A stretch of DNA of 37,060 nucleotides, taken from positions 1-37,060 of the forward strand of contig JBKPQA010000111.1 of NCBI GenBank assembly GCA_046733835.1. Reading direction: 5' to 3'. Source of the stretch: Actinomycetota bacterium (lineage in GTDB: Bacteria; Actinomycetota; Actinomycetes; Actinomycetales; Dermatophilaceae). How positions within the stretch are numbered: the first letter of the stretch is position 1; the number at the start of each line of letters is the position of its first letter. Made by a program: the position numbers and the translations under genes. Positions 1 to 8,230 of this stretch are shown piece by piece. The notes under the pieces were generated by a model, which made no database searches, was not told the DNA's origin, and saw nothing but the letters and a program-made list of their open reading frames with translations.

Positions 1-210
1 CGCGGCTACCGGCTGCTGACCAAGGTGCCGCGGCTGCCTCCGGCCATCGTCGACCGGCTGGTCGACCATTTCGAGTCGCTGCAGCGGCTTCTTGCCGCCA
101 ACCTCGAGGACCTCATGAGCGTCGGCGGGGTCGGTGAGAGCCGGGCCCGCGCGGTCCGCGAGGGGCTTTCCCGGCTCGCCGAGTCGAGCATCCTCGAGCG
201 CTACGTCTGA
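1..210 (+). CDS. disA: DNA integrity scanning diadenylate cyclase DisA, C-terminal fragment (5' truncated by window)
   Basis: Frame 1 reads RGYRLLTKVPRLP...DLMSVGGVGESRARAVREGLSRLAESSILERYV*, the characteristic actinobacterial DisA HhH C-terminus. Confidence 0.93.
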   Translation, partial: RGYRLLTKVPRLPPAIVDRLVDHFESLQRLLAANLEDLMSVGGVGESRARAVREGLSRLAESSILERYV

Positions 211-211
211 G

Positions 212-1105
212 GTGCACGCCCTCGCCCCTGCCCTTCCCACCCTCCACGAGCGGGTCAACGGCTGGTATGCGTCGAACGCTCGCCCGCTGCCGTGGCGGCT
301 GCCTGGCACCTCCCCCTGGGCGGTCCTCGTCTCGGAGGTCATGTCGCACCAGACCCCCGTCGCGCGGGTCGAGCCGGTCTGGCGCGACTGGCTGACCCGG
401 TGGCCGACGCCGGCCGACCTGGCCGCCGACGCGGCCGGCGAGGCGATCCGGGCGTGGGGCCGGCTCGGCTACCCGCGTCGAGCGCTGCGTCTCCATGAGG
501 CGGCGCGCGCGATCGTAGACCGCCACGGCGGAGAGGTGCCGGACAACGAGGAGGCGCTCCGCGCCCTGCCCGGGATCGGCGCCTACACCGCCGCCGCGGT
601 GGTCTGCTTCGCGTTCCGGCGACCGACCGTCGTGGTGGACACCAACGTCCGGAGAGTGCTGGTGCGCACGTTGCGAGGAGAGGCGCAGGCTGCACCGGCG
701 ATGACCCGCACCGAGCGTGACCTCGCGGCCCGCGCGATGCCGGCGGACCCAGACGACGCGGTCACCTGGAACGTCGCGGCGATGGAGGTCGGAGCGCTGG
801 TCTGCACCGCGCGGTCTCCCCGCTGCGGCGACTGTCCGGTCAACGACCTCTGCGCGTGGAACCAGACCGGCCGACCCGCATACACCGGCCCCGTCCGCCG
901 CGGACAGGCCTGGCGCGGCACGGATCGACAAGCCCGGGGTGCGTTGCTCGCCGTCCTGCGCGCCGCTGCCGCGCCGGTCAGCGGCACGGATCTGACGCAG
1001 GTCTGGTCCTCCGAGCAGCAGCGGGTGCGCTGCCTTTACTCGTTGGTCGCTGATGGTCTCGTCGAGCCGCTAGCAGGAGACCGCTACCGCCTCCCCGCCG
1101 ACTAG
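212..1105 (+). CDS. mutY: A/G-specific adenine glycosylase MutY (short actinobacterial form)
   Basis: RPLPWR, VLVSEVMSHQT, LGYPRRA, HhH LPGIGAYTA, VDTNVRRV and Fe-S motif C-x6-C-x2-C-x5-C. GTG start chosen 1 nt after the disA stop. Confidence 0.93.
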   Translation: MHALAPALPTLHERVNGWYASNARPLPWRLPGTSPWAVLVSEVMSHQTPVARVEPVWRDWLTRWPTPADLAADAAGEAIRAWGRLGYPRRALRLHEAARAIVDRHGGEVPDNEEALRALPGIGAYTAAAVVCFAFRRPTVVVDTNVRRVLVRTLRGEAQAAPAMTRTERDLAARAMPADPDDAVTWNVAAMEVGALVCTARSPRCGDCPVNDLCAWNQTGRPAYTGPVRRGQAWRGTDRQARGALLAVLRAAAAPVSGTDLTQVWSSEQQRVRCLYSLVADGLVEPLAGDRYRLPAD

Positions 1106-1133
1106 GCGGGATCCCTGCAGGTATCGGAGGGGA

Positions 1134-1191
1134 GCGAGAGGTCCCCGCGACCTATCGACGCGATGCGGCGAAGATCGTGGGAGAACCTCGC
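1134..1191. repeat. Imperfect inverted repeat between convergent mutY and gntP (possible bidirectional terminator)
   Basis: GCGAG...CTCGC termini with arms of about 27 nt that pair with several mismatches. Confidence 0.45.
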
Positions 1192-1198
1192 GGGTGCC

Positions 1199-2803
1199 CT
1201 AGACCACCAGACTCATCAAGATCACGAAGATGAAGCCGACGATGGAGATAACCGTCTCCATGACCGACCACGACTTGATCGTCTGACCGACGGTGAGGCC
1301 GAAGTACTGCTTGACCAGCCAGAAACCGGCGTCGTTGACGTGGCTGAAGAAGAGCGACCCGCACCCGATCGCCAACACCAGCAACGCGAGATGCGACGTG
1401 GACAGCGTGCCGGCCAGGCCGCCGACGATGCCCGCAGCTGTCGTCGTCGCGACCGTCGCCGACCCCGTCGCGAGCCGGATGCCCACGGCGACCAGCCAGC
1501 CGAGCAGCAGCACCGAGATGTTCTTCCCGGTGGCCCAGTCGGCGATGACGTTGGCGACGCCGGCGTCGACGAGCACCTGCTTGAACCCACCGCCGGCGGC
1601 AACGATGAGGAGGATGCCGGCGATGCCGGGCAGCCCTGAGCCGAGCGACTCGTTGGTCTGCTCCCGCCGCATCCCGGCGCCCCGGCCGAGGGTGAAGTAG
1701 GCGAGCAGCACCGCGAGCAGCAGGGCGATCGTCGGGGCTCCGATGGTGTCGAAGATCATCCGCGGCACCGTGTTGGCGGCCGTGGTCAGGTCCCCCACGC
1801 CCTTGAGGAGCATGAGGAGCACCGGCAACACGATGGTGATGAGTGCGGCACCGAACGACGGCCGCTTGGTCAGCCGAGGAGCGGTTGATCCGATGCCCTG
1901 TGTCGCCAGGAGCCCCGGGTCGTCCTCGCCGGGACCGCGGACCTGGGTGCCGGTCGTCCTGGACTCGTCCGCGATGGGACCGGTCGTCGAGTCGTCGCCG
2001 ACCAGACCGGCCGACGAGGCTGACGAGGCCGACCCGGCCGACCCGCTGCCGACGGACGCCGTCTCCATCTCCCGCTCGTGAGTACGCGCGTCGATCGCGT
2101 TCTCACCCAGGGAGGCCGGCGCATACACCGGAACCCAACGGTCCATGAGCCGGCCGAGCAGCGGGCCGGAGATGATCAACGTGGGGATCGCGATGAGGAT
2201 CCCGAAGACCAGCGTCTGGGTCTGGTCGGCCTTCAGCAGCGCGATCGCCGTCTGAGGGCCGGGGTGCGGCGGGACCAGCCCGTGCAGGACGGACAGGCCG
2301 GCCAGCGCCGGGATGCCGATCCGCATCAGGGTGGAGTTCGTGCGCCGCGCGACGAGGATCACCACGGGGACGAGGATCACGACCCCGACCTCGAAGAAGA
2401 GCGGCAACCCGATGATCGCGGCGATGAGCGCCATGCCCCACGGAAGCTTGCTGCCACCCAGTCGCTGGATGATCCGGGAGACGATGGTGTCGGCGCCTCC
2501 GGAGTCCGCCAGCAGCTTGCCGAGCATGGCGCCGAGGGCGATGAGGATGCCGACCGCTCCCGCGGTGGAGCCGAACCCGTTGATGAAGCTGGTGAGCGCG
2601 GCGGTCGGCGCGATCCACGCCACCAGCGCCAGCGCCGCCGAGCCGAGCATCAGCGCGAGGAACGGGTGCATCTTGAGCCACGTGATCAGCCCGACGATGA
2701 CGGCGATGCCGGCCAGGAGGGCGAGGATCAGCTGCGTGCTGCCGGCGCTCGAGATGGGGTCGGCGGCTGGGAGGATCGAAGCGGCGGTGACGGTGGCGGA
2801 CAT
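1199..2803 (-). CDS. gntP: GntP family gluconate:H+ symporter
   Basis: Multi-TM protein with HPFLAL, GLPLFFEVG, HGLVPPHPGP, RLATGSATVA and SHVNDAGFW motifs; next to a gluconokinase; GGAGG RBS. Confidence 0.93.
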   Translation of the reverse strand: MSATVTAASILPAADPISSAGSTQLILALLAGIAVIVGLITWLKMHPFLALMLGSAALALVAWIAPTAALTSFINGFGSTAGAVGILIALGAMLGKLLADSGGADTIVSRIIQRLGGSKLPWGMALIAAIIGLPLFFEVGVVILVPVVILVARRTNSTLMRIGIPALAGLSVLHGLVPPHPGPQTAIALLKADQTQTLVFGILIAIPTLIISGPLLGRLMDRWVPVYAPASLGENAIDARTHEREMETASVGSGSAGSASSASSAGLVGDDSTTGPIADESRTTGTQVRGPGEDDPGLLATQGIGSTAPRLTKRPSFGAALITIVLPVLLMLLKGVGDLTTAANTVPRMIFDTIGAPTIALLLAVLLAYFTLGRGAGMRREQTNESLGSGLPGIAGILLIVAAGGGFKQVLVDAGVANVIADWATGKNISVLLLGWLVAVGIRLATGSATVATTTAAGIVGGLAGTLSTSHLALLVLAIGCGSLFFSHVNDAGFWLVKQYFGLTVGQTIKSWSVMETVISIVGFIFVILMSLVV

Positions 2804-2822
2804 GCGACCTCCTGTAGGCGGT

Positions 2823-3359
2823 TCAGACGGGTGGGGTGAGTCCCAGAGCCTTGAGTGCGCGCGAGAGCACCTCCGTCTGGGTACCCTCCCCGGAGACGGT
2901 TACGCCCGGCTCGTCCGGCTCGAGTGGTTCGAGGATGGCGAACTGGCTGGCCAGCAGCGATGCGGGCATGTAGTGGCCCTTGCGCTGCTCGAGGCGGCCG
3001 GCGATCGCCCCCTCCGGGGCGGTGACGTGGCAGAACCGGACGGACGGCCGGTTCTCGCGCAGTACGTCACGGTAGACGCGCCGCAGGGCGGAACACGTGA
3101 CCACCGAGGAGACCCCGGCCCGCTCCTGCTCGCTCATCCAGTCTCCGATGAGACGCAGCCACGGCCAGCGGTCCTCGTCCGTGAGCGGGATGCCGCTGTG
3201 CATCTTCTCCACGTTGGCCTCCGGGTGGAATGCGTCACCCTCGGCGAAGATCCAGTGCATGCTCACGGCGATGCCCTTGGCCACCGTCGTCTTCCCTGAC
3301 CCAGAAACACCCATGACGACGACGGTGTCGGGATCCTGCCCCGCCTGGGAGGCCTCCAT
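2823..3359 (-). CDS. gntK: Gluconokinase (GntK/IdnK type)
   Basis: P-loop MGVSGSGKTT, EGDAFHP, PLTDEDRWPWL, CSALRRVYRD, HYMPASLLASQF. ATG at 3359 lies 7 nt after a TAGGGT -10-like box. Confidence 0.93.
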   Translation of the reverse strand: MEASQAGQDPDTVVVMGVSGSGKTTVAKGIAVSMHWIFAEGDAFHPEANVEKMHSGIPLTDEDRWPWLRLIGDWMSEQERAGVSSVVTCSALRRVYRDVLRENRPSVRFCHVTAPEGAIAGRLEQRKGHYMPASLLASQFAILEPLEPDEPGVTVSGEGTQTEVLSRALKALGLTPPV

Positions 3360-3425
3360 GCCAGCCACCCTAGCCACTTGTGGAACGTGTGCATCCGGAC
3401 GCGTCCTCCCGATCCCGACGACCTT

Positions 3426-4283
3426 GTGACGCCGAACCCCGACGAGTACGTTCTCGCGTTTGTGCGCGGGCACGGCTGGCGTCGCGACGTCCGCGTGTTC
3501 TGGGTGCTGGCCCGGGCCGGCTTCCGCCGGTACTCGACCTACCGACTCGCGACCTTCGCGGGGCTCGTGACCAACACCGTCTTCGGCCTCATCCGCGCGT
3601 CGATCCTCTTGGCTGCACTGGCCGCCGCGGGAACGACGATCGCGGGCTACTCCGAAGCACAGGCCAACTCATACGTCTGGTGGAGCCAGGGCCTGGTGGC
3701 GTCCATCGGGTTGTTCGGCTGGAGCGAGGTGTCCGACCGGGTTCGCTTTGGCGACATCGCCGTCGACTTCGCCCGACCATTGGACCCGCAGGTTGGCTAC
3801 CTCGCCGCCGATCTCGGCCGGGCCGCCCTACAAGGCCTCGCGCGGGGCGTGCCGAGCATCGCCATCGGCGCGGTGGTCTTCGGGGTGTCGCCCCCACAAA
3901 GCCCTGCGGTAGCCGGGCTGGCCGTGGTCAGCGTGCTCCTCGGGGTGGTCATCTCATTCGGCTGCCGGTATGCGGTCAACCTCACCTCGTTCTGGCTGGT
4001 GCAGAACCGAGGGGTTCAGCTCGTTTACATGGTCGCGAGCGGCTTCCTCGCCGGCCTGTTCGTCCCCGTGCACTGGTTCCCCGACTGGCTGTTGCTCGTG
4101 GCGCGGTGCACGCCCTTTCCGTCGATGTTGCAGGCGCCGATCGACCTGCTCAGCGGTCGCGCAAGCCTCGGCGAGGCCCTCCCCATTCTCGGCGTCCAGC
4201 TGGCGTGGGCCGCTGGGGTGCTCGCGCTCGGGCAGCTGTTGACCCGGCGCGGGCGCCGGGTCCTGGAGGTGCAGGGTGGCTGA
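3426..4283 (+). CDS. ABC-2 family transporter permease
   Basis: Hydrophobic protein with GDIAVDFARP, G-x-FVP-x-x-WFP and C-terminal VQGG; first gene of a permease-permease-ATPase trio. Start uncertain. Confidence 0.85.
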   Translation: MTPNPDEYVLAFVRGHGWRRDVRVFWVLARAGFRRYSTYRLATFAGLVTNTVFGLIRASILLAALAAAGTTIAGYSEAQANSYVWWSQGLVASIGLFGWSEVSDRVRFGDIAVDFARPLDPQVGYLAADLGRAALQGLARGVPSIAIGAVVFGVSPPQSPAVAGLAVVSVLLGVVISFGCRYAVNLTSFWLVQNRGVQLVYMVASGFLAGLFVPVHWFPDWLLLVARCTPFPSMLQAPIDLLSGRASLGEALPILGVQLAWAAGVLALGQLLTRRGRRVLEVQGG

Positions 4284-5088
4284 CCTCCGAACCGACCTGC
4301 ACGCATACCGGACGCTGCTGGCGGCCAGGGTGCGAGCCCAGACCGCATACCGGGTCTCCTTCGCCACGGACGTCCTCGGCACGCTGCTCGTCGGGCTGAC
4401 CGAGCTGGCCGAGGTCTACGTCCTCTTCCACAACGTGCCGCTGCTCGGTGGGCTGACGTTCGCCCAGGCGCTGATGGTCTTTGCCCTGGCCAACATCTCG
4501 TACTCGCTCGCCGACATGCTCGTGGGCCACCTCGACACGCTGCCGACGTTCATCCGAACTGGAACGGTCGACGCGTTCTACCTGCGGCCACTCCCCCTGC
4601 TCGCGCAGCTGATCACGAGCGACATCTCACTGCGCCGGTTCGGCCGGCTGGGCGTCGGCCTCGTCACCTTTGGAATTGCCTTGCAGGCCAACGCGATCGG
4701 CTGGTCGGCGCGCAACGTCGTGGTCGTGGCGTTGGCCATCCTTTCCGGTACCGCGATCGTGGCCGCGCTGTTCGTCTGCGCCAGCGCGCTGCAGTTCTTT
4801 CTCGTCGACGCCAGCGAGCTCACCAACGGGCTCGTCTACGGCGGGGCGTATGCGTCACAGAACTCGACGCAGGTCTTCCCCAACCCGTTGCGGGTCCTGT
4901 TCACGTACGTCGTGCCGGCGGCGTTCGTGGCCTACCTCCCGACCGTGGTGCTCCTCGGCCTTCCCGGCGCGACGCTGTTGCCGGCATGGTTGGGCTGGTT
5001 CAGCCCGCTGGCCGCCGGGGTCGCTTGGGGCGTCGCGATGCTGCTGTGGCGAGCCGGTACCCGGCACTACCAGGGAGCCGGGGGATGA
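4276..5088 (+). CDS. ABC-2 family transporter permease
   Basis: IRTGTVDAFYLRP, PAAFVAYLP and C-terminal YQGAGG; overlaps both neighbours. Confidence 0.87.
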   Translation: MADLRTDLHAYRTLLAARVRAQTAYRVSFATDVLGTLLVGLTELAEVYVLFHNVPLLGGLTFAQALMVFALANISYSLADMLVGHLDTLPTFIRTGTVDAFYLRPLPLLAQLITSDISLRRFGRLGVGLVTFGIALQANAIGWSARNVVVVALAILSGTAIVAALFVCASALQFFLVDASELTNGLVYGGAYASQNSTQVFPNPLRVLFTYVVPAAFVAYLPTVVLLGLPGATLLPAWLGWFSPLAAGVAWGVAMLLWRAGTRHYQGAGG

Positions 5089-6035
5089 GCGACCGGCCGA
5101 TCCTGGAGCTGGACCGGCTGACCCGGATCTTCCGGCGGCGCGGCGCCGACCCGATCCGGGCGGTCGACGGCATGTCCTGGGCGGTGGCGAAGGGTGAGGC
5201 GGTCGGCTACATCGGCGCCAACGGCGCCGGCAAGTCCACGACCATCAAGATGCTCACCGGCATCTTGCGGCCCACGTCCGGGACCCTGCGTACCGGTGGG
5301 CTCGACCCGTTGCGTCGCCGGCGTGACGTGGCCCGCCGGGTAGGCGTCGTGTTCGGCCAGCGCTCGCAGCTCTGGTGGGACCTGCCGCTGCGCGAGTCGT
5401 TCACCATCCTCGGAGCCATCCACGGGCTCCCGACCGAGCAGGTCCGCCGACGGTCGGCGATCCTCGCCGAGCAGCTGGAGATGGCCGAAACCCTCGACAC
5501 GCCAGTACGGCAGCTCTCGCTCGGGCAACGAATGCGGGCGGAGATCGCCGCCGCCCTGCTGCACTCCCCCGAGCTGCTCGTCCTCGATGAGCCGACGATC
5601 GGGCTGGACGTGCTGAGCAAGCAGCGGCTCCGGGAGTTCCTCAAGGCCGAACGGGCGGAGCGGGGCACCACTCTGCTCCTCACCACCCACGACATGGGCG
5701 ACGTCGAGCGTCTCTGCGAGCGCATCCTCGTCGTCGACCACGGGAAGCTGGCGTTCGACGGGACCTTCCCTGCCCTCGCCGCCACGGTGGGCGCGGAGCG
5801 GGTCCTCGTCGTCGACCTGGCGGCTCCGACTCCCCCGCTCAGGGACCTTGATCGCACCCGGCTCCTCTCGGTTGAGGGGGACGGGCTGCGCCAGCGGCTG
5901 GCCTTCGACGCCACCACCACGACAGCGGCTGCGGTCCTCGCCGCGGTCAGCGCCCGGGCCGAGGTTCGGGACCTGACCATCGAGGAGCCGGGGATCGAGG
6001 ACGTGGTCCGGCGTATCTACTCGGCGACTCGCTGA
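5085..6035 (+). CDS. ABC transporter ATP-binding protein
   Basis: Walker A GANGAGKST, VVFGQRSQLWWDL, signature LSLGQ, Walker B LLVLDEPT, TTHDM; ATGA overlap with the upstream permease. Confidence 0.93.
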   Translation: MSDRPILELDRLTRIFRRRGADPIRAVDGMSWAVAKGEAVGYIGANGAGKSTTIKMLTGILRPTSGTLRTGGLDPLRRRRDVARRVGVVFGQRSQLWWDLPLRESFTILGAIHGLPTEQVRRRSAILAEQLEMAETLDTPVRQLSLGQRMRAEIAAALLHSPELLVLDEPTIGLDVLSKQRLREFLKAERAERGTTLLLTTHDMGDVERLCERILVVDHGKLAFDGTFPALAATVGAERVLVVDLAAPTPPLRDLDRTRLLSVEGDGLRQRLAFDATTTTAAAVLAAVSARAEVRDLTIEEPGIEDVVRRIYSATR

Positions 6036-6066
6036 GAAAGCCGCGCTCCGCGACATCCGCCGCCAC

Positions 6067-6140
6067 ACGTGACAACAGCGTCGAGTCTTGTGGTCAGTGT
6101 CGCGGCGAATTCGCCACAACGCTTGACCGCGTCGTCACGT
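6067..6140. repeat. Long imperfect palindrome (REP/MITE-like architecture)
   Basis: Arms ACGTGACAACAGCGTCGAGTCTTGTGG / CCACAACGCTTGACCGCGTCGTCACGT pair at 20/27; internal perfect palindrome GGCGAATTCGCC at 6104-6115. Confidence 0.6.
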
Positions 6141-6194
6141 CTTGCGTCACCCTCGTCGGCCGCCGCCCGCAACCCCCCGCTTAGGCTGGTCCCC

Positions 6195-6863
6195 ATGGCC
6201 GCCGCCCCCGGCATACCCCTCGACGCCGTCGCGTTCTACGCCGAGCTCGAGGCGAACAACACCAAGGACTGGTGGGCGGCCAACAAGGAGCGCTACGAGC
6301 AGTCGGTGCGGGAGCCGTTCGCCGCGCTCGTCGATGCGCTCGCCGACGAGTTCGGTGAGGCGCGGCTCTTCCGGCCTTACCGCGACGTCCGGTTCTCCGC
6401 CGACAAGACGCCGTACAAGACGGAGCAGGGCGCCGTCACCTCGCCTTCCGGCGGAGCCGGATACTACGTGCGCATCGGCTCCGACGGTCTCGTCACCGGC
6501 GGCGGATACATGCACGGGATGGCTGACCAGGTCGCGCGCTATCGCGCCGCTCTTGACGCCGACCGCTCCGGTGCGGCGCTCGTGGCGCTCGTCGACGGCC
6601 TGCGTCGGAAGGGATTTGAGATCGGCGGCGAGACGCTCTCCACTCGTCCGAAGGGCGTTGCGGCCGACCACCCACGGCTTGAGCTGCTGCGACACAAGAG
6701 CCTCATCGCATGGCGGGACCGTGGGACCCCGGCCTGGATGAGCACCGGTTCCGTAGTCCGCTACGTCCGCGACGACTGGCGGGCCATCCGTCCGATGGTG
6801 GAGTGGATCAGTGAGTTCGTCGGCGAGACGACGATGCCGATGCCGGAGCGGGGTCGGCGGTGA
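6195..6863 (+). CDS. DUF2461 (TIGR02453) family protein
   Basis: FYAELEANNTKDWW, FRPYRDVRFSADKTPYK, RPKG...HPRLELLRHK; ATG 7 nt after TAGGCT. Confidence 0.88.
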   Translation: MAAAPGIPLDAVAFYAELEANNTKDWWAANKERYEQSVREPFAALVDALADEFGEARLFRPYRDVRFSADKTPYKTEQGAVTSPSGGAGYYVRIGSDGLVTGGGYMHGMADQVARYRAALDADRSGAALVALVDGLRRKGFEIGGETLSTRPKGVAADHPRLELLRHKSLIAWRDRGTPAWMSTGSVVRYVRDDWRAIRPMVEWISEFVGETTMPMPERGRR

Positions 6864-6871
6864 GGGGATCG

Positions 6872-7717
6872 TCAGATCCCCAGCGCCTCCTCCAAGGCGT
6901 GCCGCATGACCGACCGGTCGGCGGCGATGCCGGTCCAGAGCTCGATATTCACGGCGGCCTGCGCCACCAGCATGCCGAGCCCGTCGAGGGTCCGGCAGCC
7001 GCGGTCGCGAGCCTCCCGCAGCAGCCGTGTCTGTGGCGGGTTCGGGACGACATCGGCGACCAGGTCGACACCCACAAGGGTCTCCAGGTCGAGGTCGACC
7101 ATGCCGCCCACGTCTGGGGAGAGGCCGGCCTGGGTCGCGTTGACGAGGATGTCGGTTTCCGGCGGGACGGCGGCCGACGGTGCCAGCTCGACGGCGTCAG
7201 CAGAGGCCGGAGTATGCGTCCGCACCAGGTCCGCCAGGGTCTTCGCCTCTCGGACCCGGCGGGCCAGAACGCTCACGTGCGCCGCGCCGGCCAACGCGGT
7301 CTCGATGACGATGGCGCGCGCCGCACCGCCGGCACCGAGGACGCATACTCGAGCGCCAGCCGGGTCACGCATCGTCCGCAGCGCACTGACGAACCCCTGC
7401 CCGTCGGTGTTCTCCCCGGTCATTCCGCCGTCGGCGATCACGACGCAGTTGACGGCGCCGATGATCCGGGCCGACTCGGCCAGCCCGTCGAGGTGCTCTA
7501 TGACGGCGACCTTGTGCGGGATCGAGCAGTTGAAGCCGGCCCAGCCCATCGCCCGGGCGCCGCGCACCGCCTCGCCGAGGCCGGCCGGCTGGACCTCGCA
7601 ATTGAGGTATCTCGCGTCGAGTGAGGCATGTCGGTACGCCGCCTCCATGACGGCGACCGTGGGGTTGTCCGCAGCCGGGGTCGAGAACGAGCCGGTGAGG
7701 ACGCTGAGGAAGCTCAT
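6872..7717 (-). CDS. aroE: Shikimate/quinate dehydrogenase (AroE/YdiB family)
   Basis: GFNCSIPHK, IGAVNC, GENTDG, GAGGAA, VNAT, DGLGMLVAQA motifs. Confidence 0.88.
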   Translation of the reverse strand: MSFLSVLTGSFSTPAADNPTVAVMEAAYRHASLDARYLNCEVQPAGLGEAVRGARAMGWAGFNCSIPHKVAVIEHLDGLAESARIIGAVNCVVIADGGMTGENTDGQGFVSALRTMRDPAGARVCVLGAGGAARAIVIETALAGAAHVSVLARRVREAKTLADLVRTHTPASADAVELAPSAAVPPETDILVNATQAGLSPDVGGMVDLDLETLVGVDLVADVVPNPPQTRLLREARDRGCRTLDGLGMLVAQAAVNIELWTGIAADRSVMRHALEEALGI

Positions 7718-8217
7718 AGCGTCAACAGCATCCTCGTGTTGCCGAGCGTGTTGGGCTTGACCCGCTCCAGGTCGAGGAACTCGGCCACGCCTTCGTCGTA
7801 GGACCGGAGCAGCTCGGCATACACCTGTGGTTCGACCGCCTGGCCGTCGATGGGCCGGAACCCGTGCCGACCGAAGAACCCGGTCTCGAAGGTGAGGCAG
7901 AAGACCCGCTGGACGCCGAGCTCGCGAGCGTCCGAAAGCAGCTCGCGCAACAGCGCCGAGCCGAGTCCCCGCCCCTTGAACTCAGGCCGCACGGCCACGG
8001 TCCGCACCTCCGCGAGGTCCTCCCACATCACGTGCAGCGCGCCGCAGCCGACGACCTCGTGGTCGAGCTCGACGACCCGGAACTCGTGAACCGCCTCGTA
8101 GTAGGCCACAGCATGCTTGTCGACAAGGCGCCGAGACGTCGCGAGGGGCTCGACAAGGGACCGGATCGCACGGACGTCTGGGGTGCGGGCACGCCGCACC
8201 ACGACGCTCTCGATCAC
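7714..8217 (-). CDS. argA: Amino-acid N-acetyltransferase (short GNAT ArgA type)
   Basis: VGCGALHVMWEDLAEVRTVAV, GRGLG, VFCLTFE, YDEGVAEFLDLERVKPNTLGNTRML. Confidence 0.88.
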   Translation of the reverse strand: MIESVVVRRARTPDVRAIRSLVEPLATSRRLVDKHAVAYYEAVHEFRVVELDHEVVGCGALHVMWEDLAEVRTVAVRPEFKGRGLGSALLRELLSDARELGVQRVFCLTFETGFFGRHGFRPIDGQAVEPQVYAELLRSYDEGVAEFLDLERVKPNTLGNTRMLLTL

Positions 8218-8230
8218 CGGCGGCCGGACA

